From positions 1,054,001 through 1,118,000 of the forward strand of contig OZ251232.1 of the NCBI GenBank assembly GCA_965240325.2: a stretch of DNA of 64,000 bases, given 5' to 3'. Each line of letters starts with the position of its first letter. Positions within the stretch are counted from its first letter, which is position 1. The stretch is from Rebecca billardiae RCC1528. Its lineage: Eukaryota; Protista; Haptophyta. The notes under the pieces were generated by a model. It had not been told where the DNA came from and ran no database searches. It worked only from the letters and a program-made list of their open reading frames with translations. A program made the translations under genes and the position numbers. Below are positions 40,482 through 52,469 of the stretch, piece by piece.

Positions 40482-41993
40482 ATGATGGGTGCCCGCCGGC
40501 GAGCGTGCGCCGCGGGCATGGTTGTCACGCTGGGCCTGGCCGCGCTGGTCGCGCTGGGGACGGTCGACATGGGCGCTTTCTTCTCCCCTCCACGCCCGCC
40601 GGCCGATGCGTCGCGCAGGGCGCGCCGCGCGGCGCGGTATCAGGCTGTGCCCGCGCGTCAGTCCTGCCAGGATGCCCTGATGGCCAATTTCACTTGTGGC
40701 AGCGGGACCTCGCACGAGCGGTGCGATCGCGAGGCCACACCAGCACATCTGGATCGGCCGTGCGAGGCGAAGCGACTCCAGGACGCGTACCACATCGAAG
40801 ACGACGGCACATGCACGCAGGTGTGTCTGCCGCCTGGCCTCAAAGGCGTCGCCGCCAAGCACGGCGTGTACTACGGCATGCGCTGCTACGACTCGCCGAA
40901 CGAGTGCCGCCGCTTCTACCTGAGCGGCTCGAAAGTGGGCGTCAAGTACGTCACCTACTTCTGCCTGCGGCCCTGCTCCACTGCGCGCCAGACGTGCGAC
41001 GGCAGCAGCGCCGACGACGAGTACGGACGGCGCGGCGGCAACCGCGGGCCGGCAATGCCACGCTGGCCTGGGGACTGGTGGCCGGGCGTCGGGCTCGACG
41101 CGCTGGGCGGTGGCGGATCTAGTGGGCTCATGTGCTCCCCGCCACCGGCCATGCCGCTCCCGCCGTTCCCGCCCTCGCCGCCACCGGTGCCCCCGCACTC
41201 GCCGCCGCCCCCAACGCACGCGGCGAGCGAGCTCCGATGGCGGGCGACGGCGCATCACGCATCGCATCACTCGGCGAGCAGCGTGGTGCGGAGGGGAGTG
41301 GTGTTCACGCAGCCAGCACCGCCGCCGGCGCTCCCGCCGCCGCCGACACCGCCTTCCGAGCCGCCAAGCCCGCCGCCGCCGCCGCCGCCGCCACAACCCC
41401 TCCACCCTCCGCCCTCGCGCGCAGCGCTCCACGCCCTCCGCCGGTACTCCGATCGGCACTGGGACGATGACGACAGGAATTCGCGCAGCGGCGATCGCGG
41501 CGGCGGCGGCGACGCGGTTGAGGACGGCGGTGGCGAGCGTGCGCCGCGGCGTCGGCCGCGCGGCTCGGCGCACACCGGCGGCATCTCCGCCGAGCAGGCG
41601 GCGGCGCTCGAGGCACAGGCGCTGGCAGAGGCAGAGGAGAAGGGGGCCGACCTGAGCCGCACACGCATGCACACGCACCTCACGCGCCACCGCACGCACA
41701 TGCACATGCATATGCACGCGCACACGCTCGAGGCGCTCGCCGAGGGCTTTGAGACCGCCAAGCCCGAGCGGATGAGCCTTGGGATGATGCGCGCCGCCTT
41801 GCCTGCGCAGCCGCCACCGCTGCCGCCGATGCCGCCGCCGCTGCCGCCAGAGCCGTCGCCGCCGCCGCCACGACCTCCACCTGGAGCCCCACCGCCTCCA
41901 TCGCCGCAGCCACCCGCGCCGCACCCGCCGCCTCCATCGCCACGCCCGCTCTCGCGACGCGAGCGGCGGAGGAGGCATCGCACGCAGCACTAG
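40482..41993 (+). CDS. Uncharacterised secreted/type II membrane protein with a Cys-rich domain, Pro-rich and His-rich segments
   Basis: N-terminal hydrophobic VVTLGLAALVALG, about 12 Cys in ~130 aa, PPSP tracts, and HTHLTRHRTHMHMHMHAH. Confidence 0.6.
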   Translation: MMGARRRACAAGMVVTLGLAALVALGTVDMGAFFSPPRPPADASRRARRAARYQAVPARQSCQDALMANFTCGSGTSHERCDREATPAHLDRPCEAKRLQDAYHIEDDGTCTQVCLPPGLKGVAAKHGVYYGMRCYDSPNECRRFYLSGSKVGVKYVTYFCLRPCSTARQTCDGSSADDEYGRRGGNRGPAMPRWPGDWWPGVGLDALGGGGSSGLMCSPPPAMPLPPFPPSPPPVPPHSPPPPTHAASELRWRATAHHASHHSASSVVRRGVVFTQPAPPPALPPPPTPPSEPPSPPPPPPPPQPLHPPPSRAALHALRRYSDRHWDDDDRNSRSGDRGGGGDAVEDGGGERAPRRRPRGSAHTGGISAEQAAALEAQALAEAEEKGADLSRTRMHTHLTRHRTHMHMHMHAHTLEALAEGFETAKPERMSLGMMRAALPAQPPPLPPMPPPLPPEPSPPPPRPPPGAPPPPSPQPPAPHPPPPSPRPLSRRERRRRHRTQH

Positions 41994-42206
41994 TCTGACT
42001 AGGTACGCGAGGCCTGGGTTTTCGAATTTCGTCATTGTCTGACGCGCCTGCGGTAAATAATGATCGGGTACATCTGCGCTCCGCCGGGATCGGTCGCGCG
42101 CTGTATCTGCTGTAGCTAAGCCGTGCTATCACCATCATCAGCGCTATGTATAGTCGTATAGCTAAGACTCACGCACCGGCGCGGCGGGCGGCTCCGGTCA
42201 CTGTCC

Positions 42207-43127
42207 GGGACGTCCAGCAGGGGTGCATTCAGACTCTCTGGGGGGGTCTGGGGGGGGCTCCCCCCAGCCGATCGAAGGACCAAATACGCCTCAATAAGGC
42301 CCCAACTCGCCAGAATTCGCATAGCAGACCGTGTTCGCTGGTGTTGGCTGAGGGCTGCGTCGTGCGGCGTCGGCTCTGCGCCGAGCGGCCATGACGCATT
42401 GCACACAGCCCCGATATCGGCGCCTCCCTCGCGAGTCAAGACGTAGTGCACTGCAGGATCGAGCAACGCATTGACCGCTGCGGCGCACCGTGCAGGCCAC
42501 ACCGCACCTCAGCACTCGTCGAACAAGCTCTGAGCCAGCCAGCTGTGGCAGTCCTCTGAGGAGCTGCAGCCAAGCACGAGCTCGTGCGCATACCCGTGCC
42601 ACCACGAGCTGACGGCGCGGCCCGGGGCGCGAGCAGCTCGAAGCCGACAAGCTCATGCGCACACCCGCACCGCCGCGAGCTCAAGGTGTGGCCGCCGGCG
42701 CGAGCAGCTCGACGCGGACAGCGCGCAGCTTGCTCGAGTCGACGAGCAGCTTCTCGCCCATCGGTGACTCTCAGTGCACGAAGGTGCACCCGGGGCGCGA
42801 GCGCGACAGGGTGCCGCGGCCAACCAGCGGATGCGCCCGGATCAAGGCCTCCAAGGCGTCTCGTCTCCTCGCCCGCTCGGCGGAGCTCCATCGTGCGAGA
42901 GACCGGTCCGGGAGCCCAAAAAAAAGTTCAGCACGATGGAGTCCTCCGTGTTCGACTGTGACGACGCGTTCAAACACGTCGAGGCGTGAGAAGACGTCGA
43001 TTACTTCGATGAGGACTACGTTACTTCGTCCGCCGCCCCGGAGATCTTTCGATTGGTACCCTCATCGCTCCCTGGCTCCCAGGGGTTCGTCTAAATGCAC
43101 CCCCCCCATAGGGTCAGTGGACGTCCC
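42207..43127. mobile_element. Degenerate non-autonomous DNA element with imperfect terminal inverted repeats
   Basis: GGGACGTCCA / GGGGTGCATTCAGAC / CCGATCGAAGGA (42207-42279) is mirrored by TCTTTCGATTGG / GTCTAAATGCACCCC / TGGACGTCCC (43045-43127). Confidence 0.5.
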
Positions 43128-43968
43128 TGACTGTGGCTGGAGCCGGGCGCCGGCCGCGTCACAGTCGAGTAGAGGGGTCAGTCAGTCGTCAGAGCCCCAC
43201 TGGGGGGTGCGTGGCCCAAAATCCAACTTATTCCTGTCGTCTTGAGATGAGGCTCTCAAACTTCGGGATATGTCAATATTCGCCTGAAATGAGCTGGGGT
43301 CACGCTGACAAGTTTTGCGAAAAAATGTCACATACTGGAGATATACGACCTCTTAATCTCGACGCGATCTCGGCAACATTAGTACTAGTAGGGGAGATAC
43401 ACGATCTCCAAGGTGATCTCGCTATTTGCACCAGAATCGCACCGTCTAGATCACATTTTGGCAGTCTGAAATTGGCACGGGCGGATTCTACACCCTGGAA
43501 TTATAAGCCTAAACGAACTCAAACGGACTCAAACAGTTACAAGCCGAGGAGATATTCCATATTTCGAGATTTCGGGAGATTGTGTCACTCGGGAGTGTAA
43601 CGGTCGGACGGAGCTCTGACCCCACTACCGGCCGCGGGGCAGGGGGCCGCGCGGCCCGGGCGGGCCGCGCACGTTTACAGTCTCGGACCGGCGCCGTCTG
43701 GCGGACCGCTCTGCGCTCACGCCGCGATGACTCCCGTCCCCTGGCCCTACCGAGTACCGACGGGCGGCGCGCGACCGCTACGTGTCGTCCCGCGACGCCG
43801 AATGCGCCGTCATCAGACTAATAAGCGATATGGTTCAACGCTCGAAATACAATATACATATCCGACCATCCGTGATATTCCTGATGCGCACACCGCTGAC
43901 TCGCGAGCCATCAATCATATTTTTAAAATAGCTACTGGCGACATTATCGGATATACCGAGTTATATAC

Positions 43969-43999
43969 GTGTGTGTGTGTGTGTGTGTAGTGTGTGTGT
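43969..43999. repeat. (GT)n microsatellite
   Basis: Direct reading. Confidence 0.9.
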
Positions 44000-44052
44000 A
44001 GCGCAGGATGATCGACGCGAGATTCATCCTGACGTCATCGCATATCGATCTA

Positions 44053-45474
44053 TCAACACACCACTCTACGGTGCTGACGGTCCTTGCACCAACCACCATC
44101 CACTTTGCACTTACCTGAAATGCGCTCAGCAGTGTTCCAGGCGTGCTTGCACGTGAGAGCACGAGCAGTGGCAAACGTATCCAAGCCGTGCTCGTACATC
44201 GCACGCGCTCTGATCACGTACTCCTCGGTGCGCCCGTGCCTGCACACGTCAACTGCACGCTGCACTGCGCTGAGAAAGCCAGTGGAGTTCTGGTATGTGA
44301 ACTGCTCAGGGACTCCTGCCCTGAGAGCCAGGGCGTGCCAGATCACTAGTGGTTTGGCGGTCGCCATAGCCAAACCTATCGCCGCCGGCGACTGCAAGCC
44401 CTGCACGTACGTCTTCTTTCGGGTGAGATCGTCAATCATGGGGAGCAAGAAACTCGTGTTTGCCAGAATCAGCTCGACTGCAGCCTTCCATGGCAACGGT
44501 GAGACGTGCACAGTGACTCGCCCTGCAGTGGACAGAGCCAGGTCCCTCTGCAGCACTTGAAAGCGCTGCAGAGATGTGCGCGGGCCCGAGCCGATGACGT
44601 GCAAGCGCACGCGCGTGGTGCCAGTGTCCAGCGCCTTGAGCGAGTACAGGGCATCCCAGTTCTTCTTGTTGTAGTCCACTGTCGCTGGAGTCACTAACGT
44701 GACACTCTGCATTGTGCACTGGACTGGTGCCCTCGAAGCCCAGCTGGCCACCCGCATGCCCATGTACGACGTCGTGAACCAGGTTGGCTGAAGCACCCCA
44801 GGGAAGCGGGCGATCGGGTCTGTCTTGAGCACCTCGTACAGCTCCTTGGTGAGTGCAAACGGGATGACCTTCTTCAGCTGGTGCTGCTCGGTGAGGTTGC
44901 GCATAGCAGGGGCGCAGATGCTCAGGAAATGCTGCCCGACGAAGACAGGGACCGCTCTGCCCTGGCGAGACACCAGCAGATCGACCAACGCGTGCAGGCG
45001 CTCGTCCGGCATGTTCAGCTGCACCGTGCTGAAGCGAGTGAGGGTCTGGATGACAACAAAGGCAGGCCGGCGGCGCCCAGCGATGCAGCGGATCCGGCCA
45101 GTGACCGTCGGGTCGTCGACGAAGGTCACATTCGGCTCGTCGAACCAGTCGAAGAGCTCGCGAGCCCCAAGATCTGTCCTCAGCGAAAGTTTCTCCAAGG
45201 GCCGCCCGGCGTACCACACGACCACGTGAGGTGCACCGAGAGAGCGCGCAAACGCGATCGACGACGGTAACACGTGCACGTGCATGCCTTGCACCTCCAC
45301 CACGAGCGCGAAAGGCTGGTCCTTTGCAGGGCACCCTGCTGCCCCGGCGTCGCACAGCGCCACTCCGACGAGCGTCAACATCGTGGCCAGTGCGATCCGG
45401 CGCACTGCCCCCGGTGGGGTCGGAGGAGCGATGGAGTCCATGTCATCCAGCGCGCCTGGCCTGGGCAAGGCCAA
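44053..45474 (-). CDS. Putative GT-B fold glycosyltransferase-like protein with N-terminal signal/anchor
   Basis: 473-aa intronless ORF. Hydrophobic IALATMLTLVGVALC; C-terminal VDYNKKNWDAL, LHVIG and FLLPMID..Y...SPAAIGLAMATAKPLVI resemble GT4-like donor-binding domains. The family call is tentative. Confidence 0.55.
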   Translation of the reverse strand: MALPRPGALDDMDSIAPPTPPGAVRRIALATMLTLVGVALCDAGAAGCPAKDQPFALVVEVQGMHVHVLPSSIAFARSLGAPHVVVWYAGRPLEKLSLRTDLGARELFDWFDEPNVTFVDDPTVTGRIRCIAGRRRPAFVVIQTLTRFSTVQLNMPDERLHALVDLLVSRQGRAVPVFVGQHFLSICAPAMRNLTEQHQLKKVIPFALTKELYEVLKTDPIARFPGVLQPTWFTTSYMGMRVASWASRAPVQCTMQSVTLVTPATVDYNKKNWDALYSLKALDTGTTRVRLHVIGSGPRTSLQRFQVLQRDLALSTAGRVTVHVSPLPWKAAVELILANTSFLLPMIDDLTRKKTYVQGLQSPAAIGLAMATAKPLVIWHALALRAGVPEQFTYQNSTGFLSAVQRAVDVCRHGRTEEYVIRARAMYEHGLDTFATARALTCKHAWNTAERISGKCKVDGGWCKDRQHRRVVC

Positions 45475-45549
45475 GGGGTGGAGGGGCGAATTCGCGACAG
45501 TATGGGGGCAAGGCCCTTGATGGGGGTACAGTATGGATACGTACTGTCA

Positions 45550-45700
45550 ATCTCGCCTGCCGTGAGGGTGGTGGTTGGTTGGGGGCTGGCCAGGGTAGGG
45601 CTGGAGGCTTCGGCCGCCAGTCTGATCACCCGGAGCCCGTTATAAAGGGGAATTTAAAATGAGCTGTGTGCGTCTCTTATTCTTAGTATCATAAACTGTA
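45550..45700 (-). repeat. Short dispersed repeat (copy 2), split by a 98-bp insertion at 45562-45659
   Basis: ATCTCGCCTGCC | insertion | TGAGCTGTGTGCGTCTCTTATTCTTAGTA..TAAACTGTA is the reverse complement of 63105-63152. Confidence 0.8.
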
Positions 45701-47102
45701 TGGGCCGGGTAAATGCAAATTTGAGCCGATGAAGTTACGACGGACCGACCCCATCACTGGCCGGGCGGGCGGTGCGTGGGGCTGCAGGCCTTCGTCATCT
45801 CGGTGGCGCGCCTTGGGAGGCTGAAGTGTCCCGAGAGCCAGCGCCGGCAGGACGAGGCGGCGGCGGCGCGTGCAGCCGCAAGCAAAGGCTCTCAGCTGGA
45901 TGCGGGCAAGACAGCGAAGGCGTTCAACACGCTGAAGGGCAGGGTGCGCGGGCGACCATATGCGAGCAAACGTAGCGTTCTGTACGCGCGCCACACGTCG
46001 CCCCAAGCGCGCATGTGCTCTTGCCAGCACGGGCCCACGTGAGGAGCACAGACCACGGTCTCGATCACAATTCACAACTGATCTGACCCACGCCGACCGC
46101 ACAGCAGCCTGCACGCGCGCGAGCTGATGACAATTGGCTACGCGCCTTGCTTGCGCTCGCGCAAGCGTGCGCATACGCGCTGGTCTGAGACGAGGCGAAC
46201 GTGACGCGAGCGAGACACGTGGCATGGGAGGGCGCAGCGCGTTCTCTCACGGCTGACCAGATGCGGCTTCAACCTGCATGGCATCGTCCGCGGCTGCACG
46301 AGCGCGCGCCGTGCGCGCCCCCAGCGCCGCCAGGGCTGCCGCCCAGATACTTGGGCGCTGCAGAAGCGGCGCGAGGCAAACTCTCAAGGTGATTTCAACC
46401 TGCACCGCCCTCATCCGTCGGCAGCGTGGGCGCAGACTGCTGGGCGCGCTGTCACGCTCCCCCTGCCGCGCCGCCGCCGTCGCCATCGGCATCGGCAGCG
46501 CAGCGGCACTGACAGCAGCCACTGTGCCCGGGCCGCCCGACCGCAGGGCCGCACCGTGCTGCTGACAGCGCGCTGAGTGCCAGACACTGACACTGCCAAC
46601 TGAGTGTCGCGTTGGTTCGGCGCTCATGCCGCATCATGCGTGCAACTGCTCGCGGGCAGAGTGAGCTAGTCACGATACGACTCCTCGATAACTCCGCCTG
46701 ATCGGATGAGTCATCACTCAGTCCGCGAGTCGGTGGCCGCGACGAGAGAGTGCGGCAGGGCCGCTGCGCCCTGCAAGTTAGTCTGTCGACTGGCATCAGG
46801 GGCGTTGCGCCAGCTGGACAAACACGGTTCCGGTCTTCTTCAGATCTATCTCGCTTTTCAAAACGAAATGTTCCGTGCCCTACTACCCCCTTGTAAGTAA
46901 AGTTACTATATATAACTATATATATATATTATATGTAAATTTTTATTGCCCACCGCAGGCGCAGGGGCCAATGAATCCAATATGATCCTGGGTCTTGGGT
47001 CCTCGGTTCGCGTTTGTCCCGAGCTGGCGCAACGCTCCGACTGTGCGGACCGTCGAACTCGATCCGCGTCGGACGCCAGAGTCAATGACGAGCGCGGTCC
47101 GA

Positions 47103-48248
47103 CTAGCCACAACCGAAGTGACGAAACGCTGTGGTGCAATCCACCATTATCTGTTCGAACGGGGCCTCAGGAGGCCGTGGGATTGACGCATTGTACAGAT
47201 TGCAGCGGGCTGTGTGAGGGTAAGCAAAGCCGTGCGAGCTCGCAGCGTGCATGCCGACTGCTCGCACGACAAAGACTGGTCCTGTAGTAGTGAATGCACT
47301 GCAGTAGTGCTGCTGTGAGGCAGCAATGTGTGCACCAGCTGCTGGCCACGAGTGGAGGCTTGGATCTCGGCACGCCCCTGCAACGCACTCGAAAACGACG
47401 CCATACTTCTGCGTCACCTCTGCGTGGCCACGTCCCTCTCCGAACTCGAGCGGGTCCAGAGCGGGGCGCTCGCAGTGTCCCACCCACCAGTCATCATAGC
47501 CTATCACAGTGCCAGGCCCAGCTAGCCCAGTGGCGAAGAGCCAGTGGAGAACCTGCGCTGTCGACTCGTAGTAATCGCAATCGATGTCCACATACATGGC
47601 TTGGCGCATGCCAAGCTCGTGCACACTCTGCGGCGTGCTGATGGGCGGCAGCGACTCATTGTAGAAGCCGCCGACGAAGCCAATACGCTCACCGAAGGCA
47701 GCACGCATCCTCTTGCGCGGGTCGGAGCGCAGCCAACCTGCGACCCATCGCTTGACGACGGTGTCCTGGACATCGGGGAGCCCCTGAAAGGAGTCGAGAC
47801 CCCACATCTTGACTGGGCGCAGCATGGTGTCCACGTGGCGCATGCTATTGCCGCTAAACACACCTGCCTGATAAAAGTGGCCATCGTGGCTGCCCAGGCC
47901 GTGCGCCTCTGCAGCGAGGACAGCAGCGCGCACGTGCTTCCTCCATGAAGGGCTCCGAGGCGCATACCGACACGCGAGCTCTTCTTTCCACCACTCCAGA
48001 CGCATCACACGCGCGACCGAGTCGTGGATTGACTCACACGTTGCACAACGACCCGGGCACGGGCACGCATGCGCTGCATCGCGCAGACGTTCCATGCGAT
48101 CGCGCTCCTTGCCAGGCGTGAAGCGAGCGAGAAACGCCACCCCAGCATCAGCTCGATGCCCATCGTCATCCCTCGACGAGGGCGCTGCACTCCCCGGTCT
48201 GGCGGATGCCGCGCTCGCCAGGAGGACGACAGCCCACCATGATGGCAT
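47103..48248 (-). CDS. TylF/MycF-like SAM-dependent sugar O-methyltransferase with signal peptide
   Basis: FYQAGVFSGNS, MWGLDSFQGLP, GFYNESLP, YVDIDCDYYEST, GTVIGYDDW, GEGRG. Start MPSWWAVVLLASAASA at 48248. Confidence 0.82.
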   Translation of the reverse strand: MPSWWAVVLLASAASARPGSAAPSSRDDDGHRADAGVAFLARFTPGKERDRMERLRDAAHACPCPGRCATCESIHDSVARVMRLEWWKEELACRYAPRSPSWRKHVRAAVLAAEAHGLGSHDGHFYQAGVFSGNSMRHVDTMLRPVKMWGLDSFQGLPDVQDTVVKRWVAGWLRSDPRKRMRAAFGERIGFVGGFYNESLPPISTPQSVHELGMRQAMYVDIDCDYYESTAQVLHWLFATGLAGPGTVIGYDDWWVGHCERPALDPLEFGEGRGHAEVTQKYGVVFECVAGACRDPSLHSWPAAGAHIAASQQHYCSAFTTTGPVFVVRAVGMHAASSHGFAYPHTARCNLYNASIPRPPEAPFEQIMVDCTTAFRHFGCG

Positions 48249-48514
48249 CGCGCACTGCTTTGATGAGACACCCCGGCCGGCGGCCGGCCCCGCGACTCCG
48301 CGAGGCCCGGGCATCAAGCAACTTCACGCCGAGAAATGCCAGAAATGATCGGGGCCGGGGGTTCCGGCCAGCCTTCGGTGCGCATCCGGACACCAGCACT
48401 CGCCGGGGTGGGGACGACGCGGGGTCCAAAGCGTTGCGGCGCGGCAAGGGCGGGTTCACAAGCCAGAGGGCACCGTGCCCGCAAGGCAGATTAGCACCGC
48501 TGCTTGCCTCCGCG

Positions 48515-49681
48515 ATGGGAACGTGCCTGTTGGCGCTGCTGCTCCTCTGGTCTGCGCACGGGCTAGCCACTCCAAGAGAAGGGCGGCCGGCAATTCCGCT
48601 GGCCAAGATGACGGTCGACAATATCGCGGGCCCGGCGGGCGTGGTGCCAAGCCAGTGCGCGCCCGGTGGCGTGTGGACAAAGGCAGGTGTGCAACGGGAG
48701 CTCGAGCGCGCGCTCGCGCTGATCGCATCCGCGCCTATCGAGCGCGAGCCGTTCGAGCACTTCAGCGTGCACGGGCTGTTCTCGGAGTGCTTTTATGCCG
48801 ACCTGGTCCGCGAGGTGCCACCGAAGAGCCAGTTCACCGAGGCCTACTACCCCGGCACGCAGTCAAGGGTAGGCTGCTACCTGCTGCCGACCGAGCTGGG
48901 CAAGGCCCCTCCCATTGCGTCCGCGAGCCCAATCATTGTGCCACACCATTGCTGCATCCCGAAACGCGGCCACTCGATGAAGAGCGAGTACTGCCTCCAG
49001 CATACGTGCCGCTCGCAAACGCTACAGCTGCACACCAACAGGTCACGCGCCGGCTGGATGATCCCGCTGCCAGCGCTCGTTGCGCGGGCTCGGTCGATGC
49101 CGCTCTGGGTGCAGCTCTTCCGGCTGGTGCACTCTGCTAATTTCACGCGCCTGCTCGTCGACAAGTTCATGCTGCCCGACGGTGGTGGCGTGCCTTGGTG
49201 GAAGCGAGAGCACCTGCTGAAGACTGGCGGCGTGCGCTCGCTCAAGAACGCAGCCGCTCTGCGCATCGAGCCAGAGTACTACCACCTCGCGCCGCACGTA
49301 GACAAGTGGGAGAAGATCGTCACGTGGCAGTTCTTCCATCCGCCCACAGACGCACTTGCCACCCGGCGCGCGGGCACGTTCTTCTACCGCCCGCTGCCAG
49401 AGCTGGCCAACAAGTTCGTGGTAGACGACCAGGCAAACCCATTGTGGCTCAACTACAGCTACTTCGAGGCCGTCAAGGAGCTCAGAGTGATGCGCAACAC
49501 CTTCTTCGCGTTCGCACCGAACAGTCGGTCGTGGCATGGCGCATCGATCGATGGCGCTCAGCTGCGTGGAGCGCCTCCTGACTCGCGTCGCACGTTCCTG
49601 GGCTTTGTGACCCGGCAAGAGGACGGCTTCTGGCACTTCACGAAGAAAGACCAGAGCCAGGAAGAAGCCTTTTATGTCTGA
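48515..49681 (+). CDS. Secreted 2OG-Fe(II) oxygenase superfamily protein
   Basis: Signal MGTCLLALLLLWSAHG; EPFEHF, YHLAPHVD (HxD), GTFFYRP, FAFAPNSRSWHG (distal His), RRT. Confidence 0.8.
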   Translation: MGTCLLALLLLWSAHGLATPREGRPAIPLAKMTVDNIAGPAGVVPSQCAPGGVWTKAGVQRELERALALIASAPIEREPFEHFSVHGLFSECFYADLVREVPPKSQFTEAYYPGTQSRVGCYLLPTELGKAPPIASASPIIVPHHCCIPKRGHSMKSEYCLQHTCRSQTLQLHTNRSRAGWMIPLPALVARARSMPLWVQLFRLVHSANFTRLLVDKFMLPDGGGVPWWKREHLLKTGGVRSLKNAAALRIEPEYYHLAPHVDKWEKIVTWQFFHPPTDALATRRAGTFFYRPLPELANKFVVDDQANPLWLNYSYFEAVKELRVMRNTFFAFAPNSRSWHGASIDGAQLRGAPPDSRRTFLGFVTRQEDGFWHFTKKDQSQEEAFYV

Positions 49682-50068
49682 CGCCCATCATCCAGTGTGA
49701 TGGCTGGGCCTGACAGCGGACTGCTGCCAGCCGTGTCCGACTGGCAGCAGTCTCAGTCACGCAGGACTGGCGGCCGCAGTCTGGCGGCTCTGGCGCGAGT
49801 GTCGCTGGATGCTCGCGCCACGGCTGGAGCGCCAGCAGAAGCCGATGATGCGGCCCGGCCCGCGCCCGGCGATATATCTTGCCTTTGGCCGGAATAAATA
49901 ACAGAAAACCCAGGACGGACTGTCCATAGTGAGTATAGTGACCGGGAGTCTCTCGGCTCTTACTGCTGATATATTTGACTCTTCGAGGTATGGCGGGCTA
50001 TTCTGGTGAACACATCAGCTTTAAACAGCAATTCTGGTGAACACAGCTTTAAGAATTTTAATTCTATC

Positions 50069-52469
50069 CAAAGCTCTGGGAGACCCAGCTCCGACCCCCT
50101 TTAATTGGTGTGACGTACTGCTGAGCAAAGCAATACCGGAGTAGGAATACAAACAATGAGGCCCGAAACGTTTTTTGATTAGGCACGCCTCGGGAATCGA
50201 GAACGCATGTCGTTACCTTTTTGAGCGCGCCTCATAGGGACGTCGTTGCGATTCCCACCTATTTGTTGACGCTTTTCTACGACCATCCACCTCCCTTGAC
50301 CTCCGCTCCCAAGTTGAGGAACCGCGACGATTGCTTTCGCCACCGCGCCGCGTGCGCTCGGCACACACGATTGAGTATGACGAACGAGCTCAGCGCGCTG
50401 CTGCAGGAGGTGAAGGCCACGCGCGACACGCAGAACGGCGCTCAGCCGGCGTGGCTCGACGACGCTGCCGGCACTCGCGCTCGCACTCGCACACACGTAC
50501 GTGTGCGACGAGGATCAGCTTCGCGGGCCTCCGCCGAACCCAGCGCCACAGATGCCATCGTCGGCGTCGCGAGGTACTGCGCCGATCTGGCGGAGATCCA
50601 GCGGCACGTGGCGGCGATCAAGCAGCCGCAGCCGCATCAGATGACGTGCACGAACGGCCTCATGGAGAAGCTCGTACCACAAGCCTACCAAGTACCATAA
50701 GCCACCCGCTCGCCGACTTGCCCGACTACTGACTCGCGCTGGCTCGTCATCAACGGGCGCGGCCCTCGAGCCGTCACCCGCGCCGCGCGCGGCTCGCGGC
50801 GCCATTGCGGAGGTGCGTGCCCGCCGGCGCGAGCTGCACAACACAACATGCACACCGACGCGAGCCGCTCGTACCACGTCGTGCCCGACGGGCTGTGCCC
50901 AGCGACGGCTGCAAGCCTACGCCATGCAGTCGGTTGTGCCCTGCGCCGCTCGCCCCGCACCGGCAGACCCGAGACCGGTGGGCCATCCGCGGTGCGTGCC
51001 GTTGCCGCGCCGTCGTGCCCGAGCGGCCGTGCGCAGCGACGACTGCATCGATGCGCGCCTCGCCGTGCGCCTCGGTGGGCTGCGTGCAGAACCACGGTGG
51101 CGGTGCGGTACCGTGCTGAGGCGCCGCGCGCGCGCGCCTGCGGCGCGCCACCGGATGATACCGTTAGTCAGCGCTGAACGGCCAACTCGTCCCATCGTCG
51201 TCGGGTCTGCCGGCCCCAAACAGCTTCTCCGTCGCGTCCTAGACGCGCTGTGTTCGACCAGCCCCACCGGGACAAGGCCGCCAGGCCCCCGCAGTGTTTT
51301 AATTCGTGAGAAAGCTCCATGGGAGACCCAGCTCCGACCCCCTTTAAAGGAATACGAAGAGTGGCGCCTCAAACGCTTTTTGATTAGGCACGCCTCGGGA
51401 ATCGAGAACGAATGTCGTTACCGTTTTGAGCGCGCATCATAGGGATGTCGTTGCGATTCCCACCTATTTGTTGACGCTTCTCTACGACCATCCGCTCCCC
51501 AAGTCGAGGAATCCAGGAGGAACCGCGACTCGCACGATGTGCTGCTTTCGCCGCCACGCCGCGTGCGCTCGGCACACACGATTGCGTATGACGAACGAGC
51601 GCGCTGCTGCAGGAGGCGAAGGCCGCGCGTGACACGCAGAATGGCGCTCAGACGGCGTGGCTCGACGACTCTGCCGGCACTCGCGCTCGCACACACGTGC
51701 GCGACGAGGATCAGCTCCGCGGGCCTCCGCCGCAGAACCCAGAGCCAGATGCCATCGTCAGCGTCGCGAGGTACTGTGCCGATCTAGCGGAGATCCAGCG
51801 GCACGTGGCGGCGATCAAGCAGCCGCAACCGCATCAGATGACGTGCACGAACGGCCTCATGGAGAAGCTCGTACCACACGCCTACCATAAGCCACCCGCT
51901 CGCCGACTAATGCCCGAGTACTAGCTAGGCTCGAGCGCTGGCTCGTCATCAACGGGCGCGGCCTTCGAGCCGTCACCCGCTCCGCCCGCGGCGCGCGGCG
52001 CCATCGTCGAGGTGCGTGCCCGCCGGCGCGAGCTGCACTACACAACATGCGCTCCGACGTGAGCCGCTCGTACCACGTCGTGCCCAACGGGACGTGCTCA
52101 GCGACGGCTGCAAGTCTACGCCGTGCAAGTTGTGCCCTGCGCCGCTCGCCCCGCGCCTGCAGCAGCCGCCGCCTGCAGACCGGTGGGCCATCCGCGGTGC
52201 GTGCCGTTGCCACACCGTCGTGCCCGAGCGGCCGTGCGCAGCGACGACTACATCGACGCGCGCCTAGCAGTGCGCCTCGATTGGCCTTGCAGACCCGCGG
52301 TGGCGGTGCGCCGTGCGGTGGCGCGCGCACGGCACCGGTAGTCAGCGCTGAACGGCCAACTCGTCCCATCGTCGTCGGGTCTGCCGGCCCTGGCAAGCTT
52401 CTTCGTCGCGTCCTAGACGCGCTGTGTTCGACCAGCCCCACCGGGAAAGGGCCGCCAGGCCCCCGCAGT
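50069..52469 (+). repeat. Diverged tandem duplication of a ~1.2-kb unit (~50069-51295 and ~51311-52469) containing a frameshifted gene relic
   Basis: Both units start AAAGCTC..GGGAGACCCAGCTCCGACCCCCTTTAA and end TGTTCGACCAGCCCCACCGGGA.A.GGCCGCCAGGCCCCCGCAGT. Both encode ARYCADLAEIQRHVAAIKQPQPHQMTCTNGLMEKLVP. Confidence 0.9.

Noticed and set aside
43623-43635. CACTACCGGCCGC as the left partner of the TAGTG end at 57830
   Set aside because: The similarity is limited to ~12 bp and the flanking 3-mers (CCC versus AGC) do not form a TSD.
50078-50100. tRNA/SINE-like head GGAGACCCAGCTCCGACCCC
   Set aside because: There is no GTTCGA B-box, A-box or cloverleaf. No tRNA or rRNA gene was recognised anywhere in the window.
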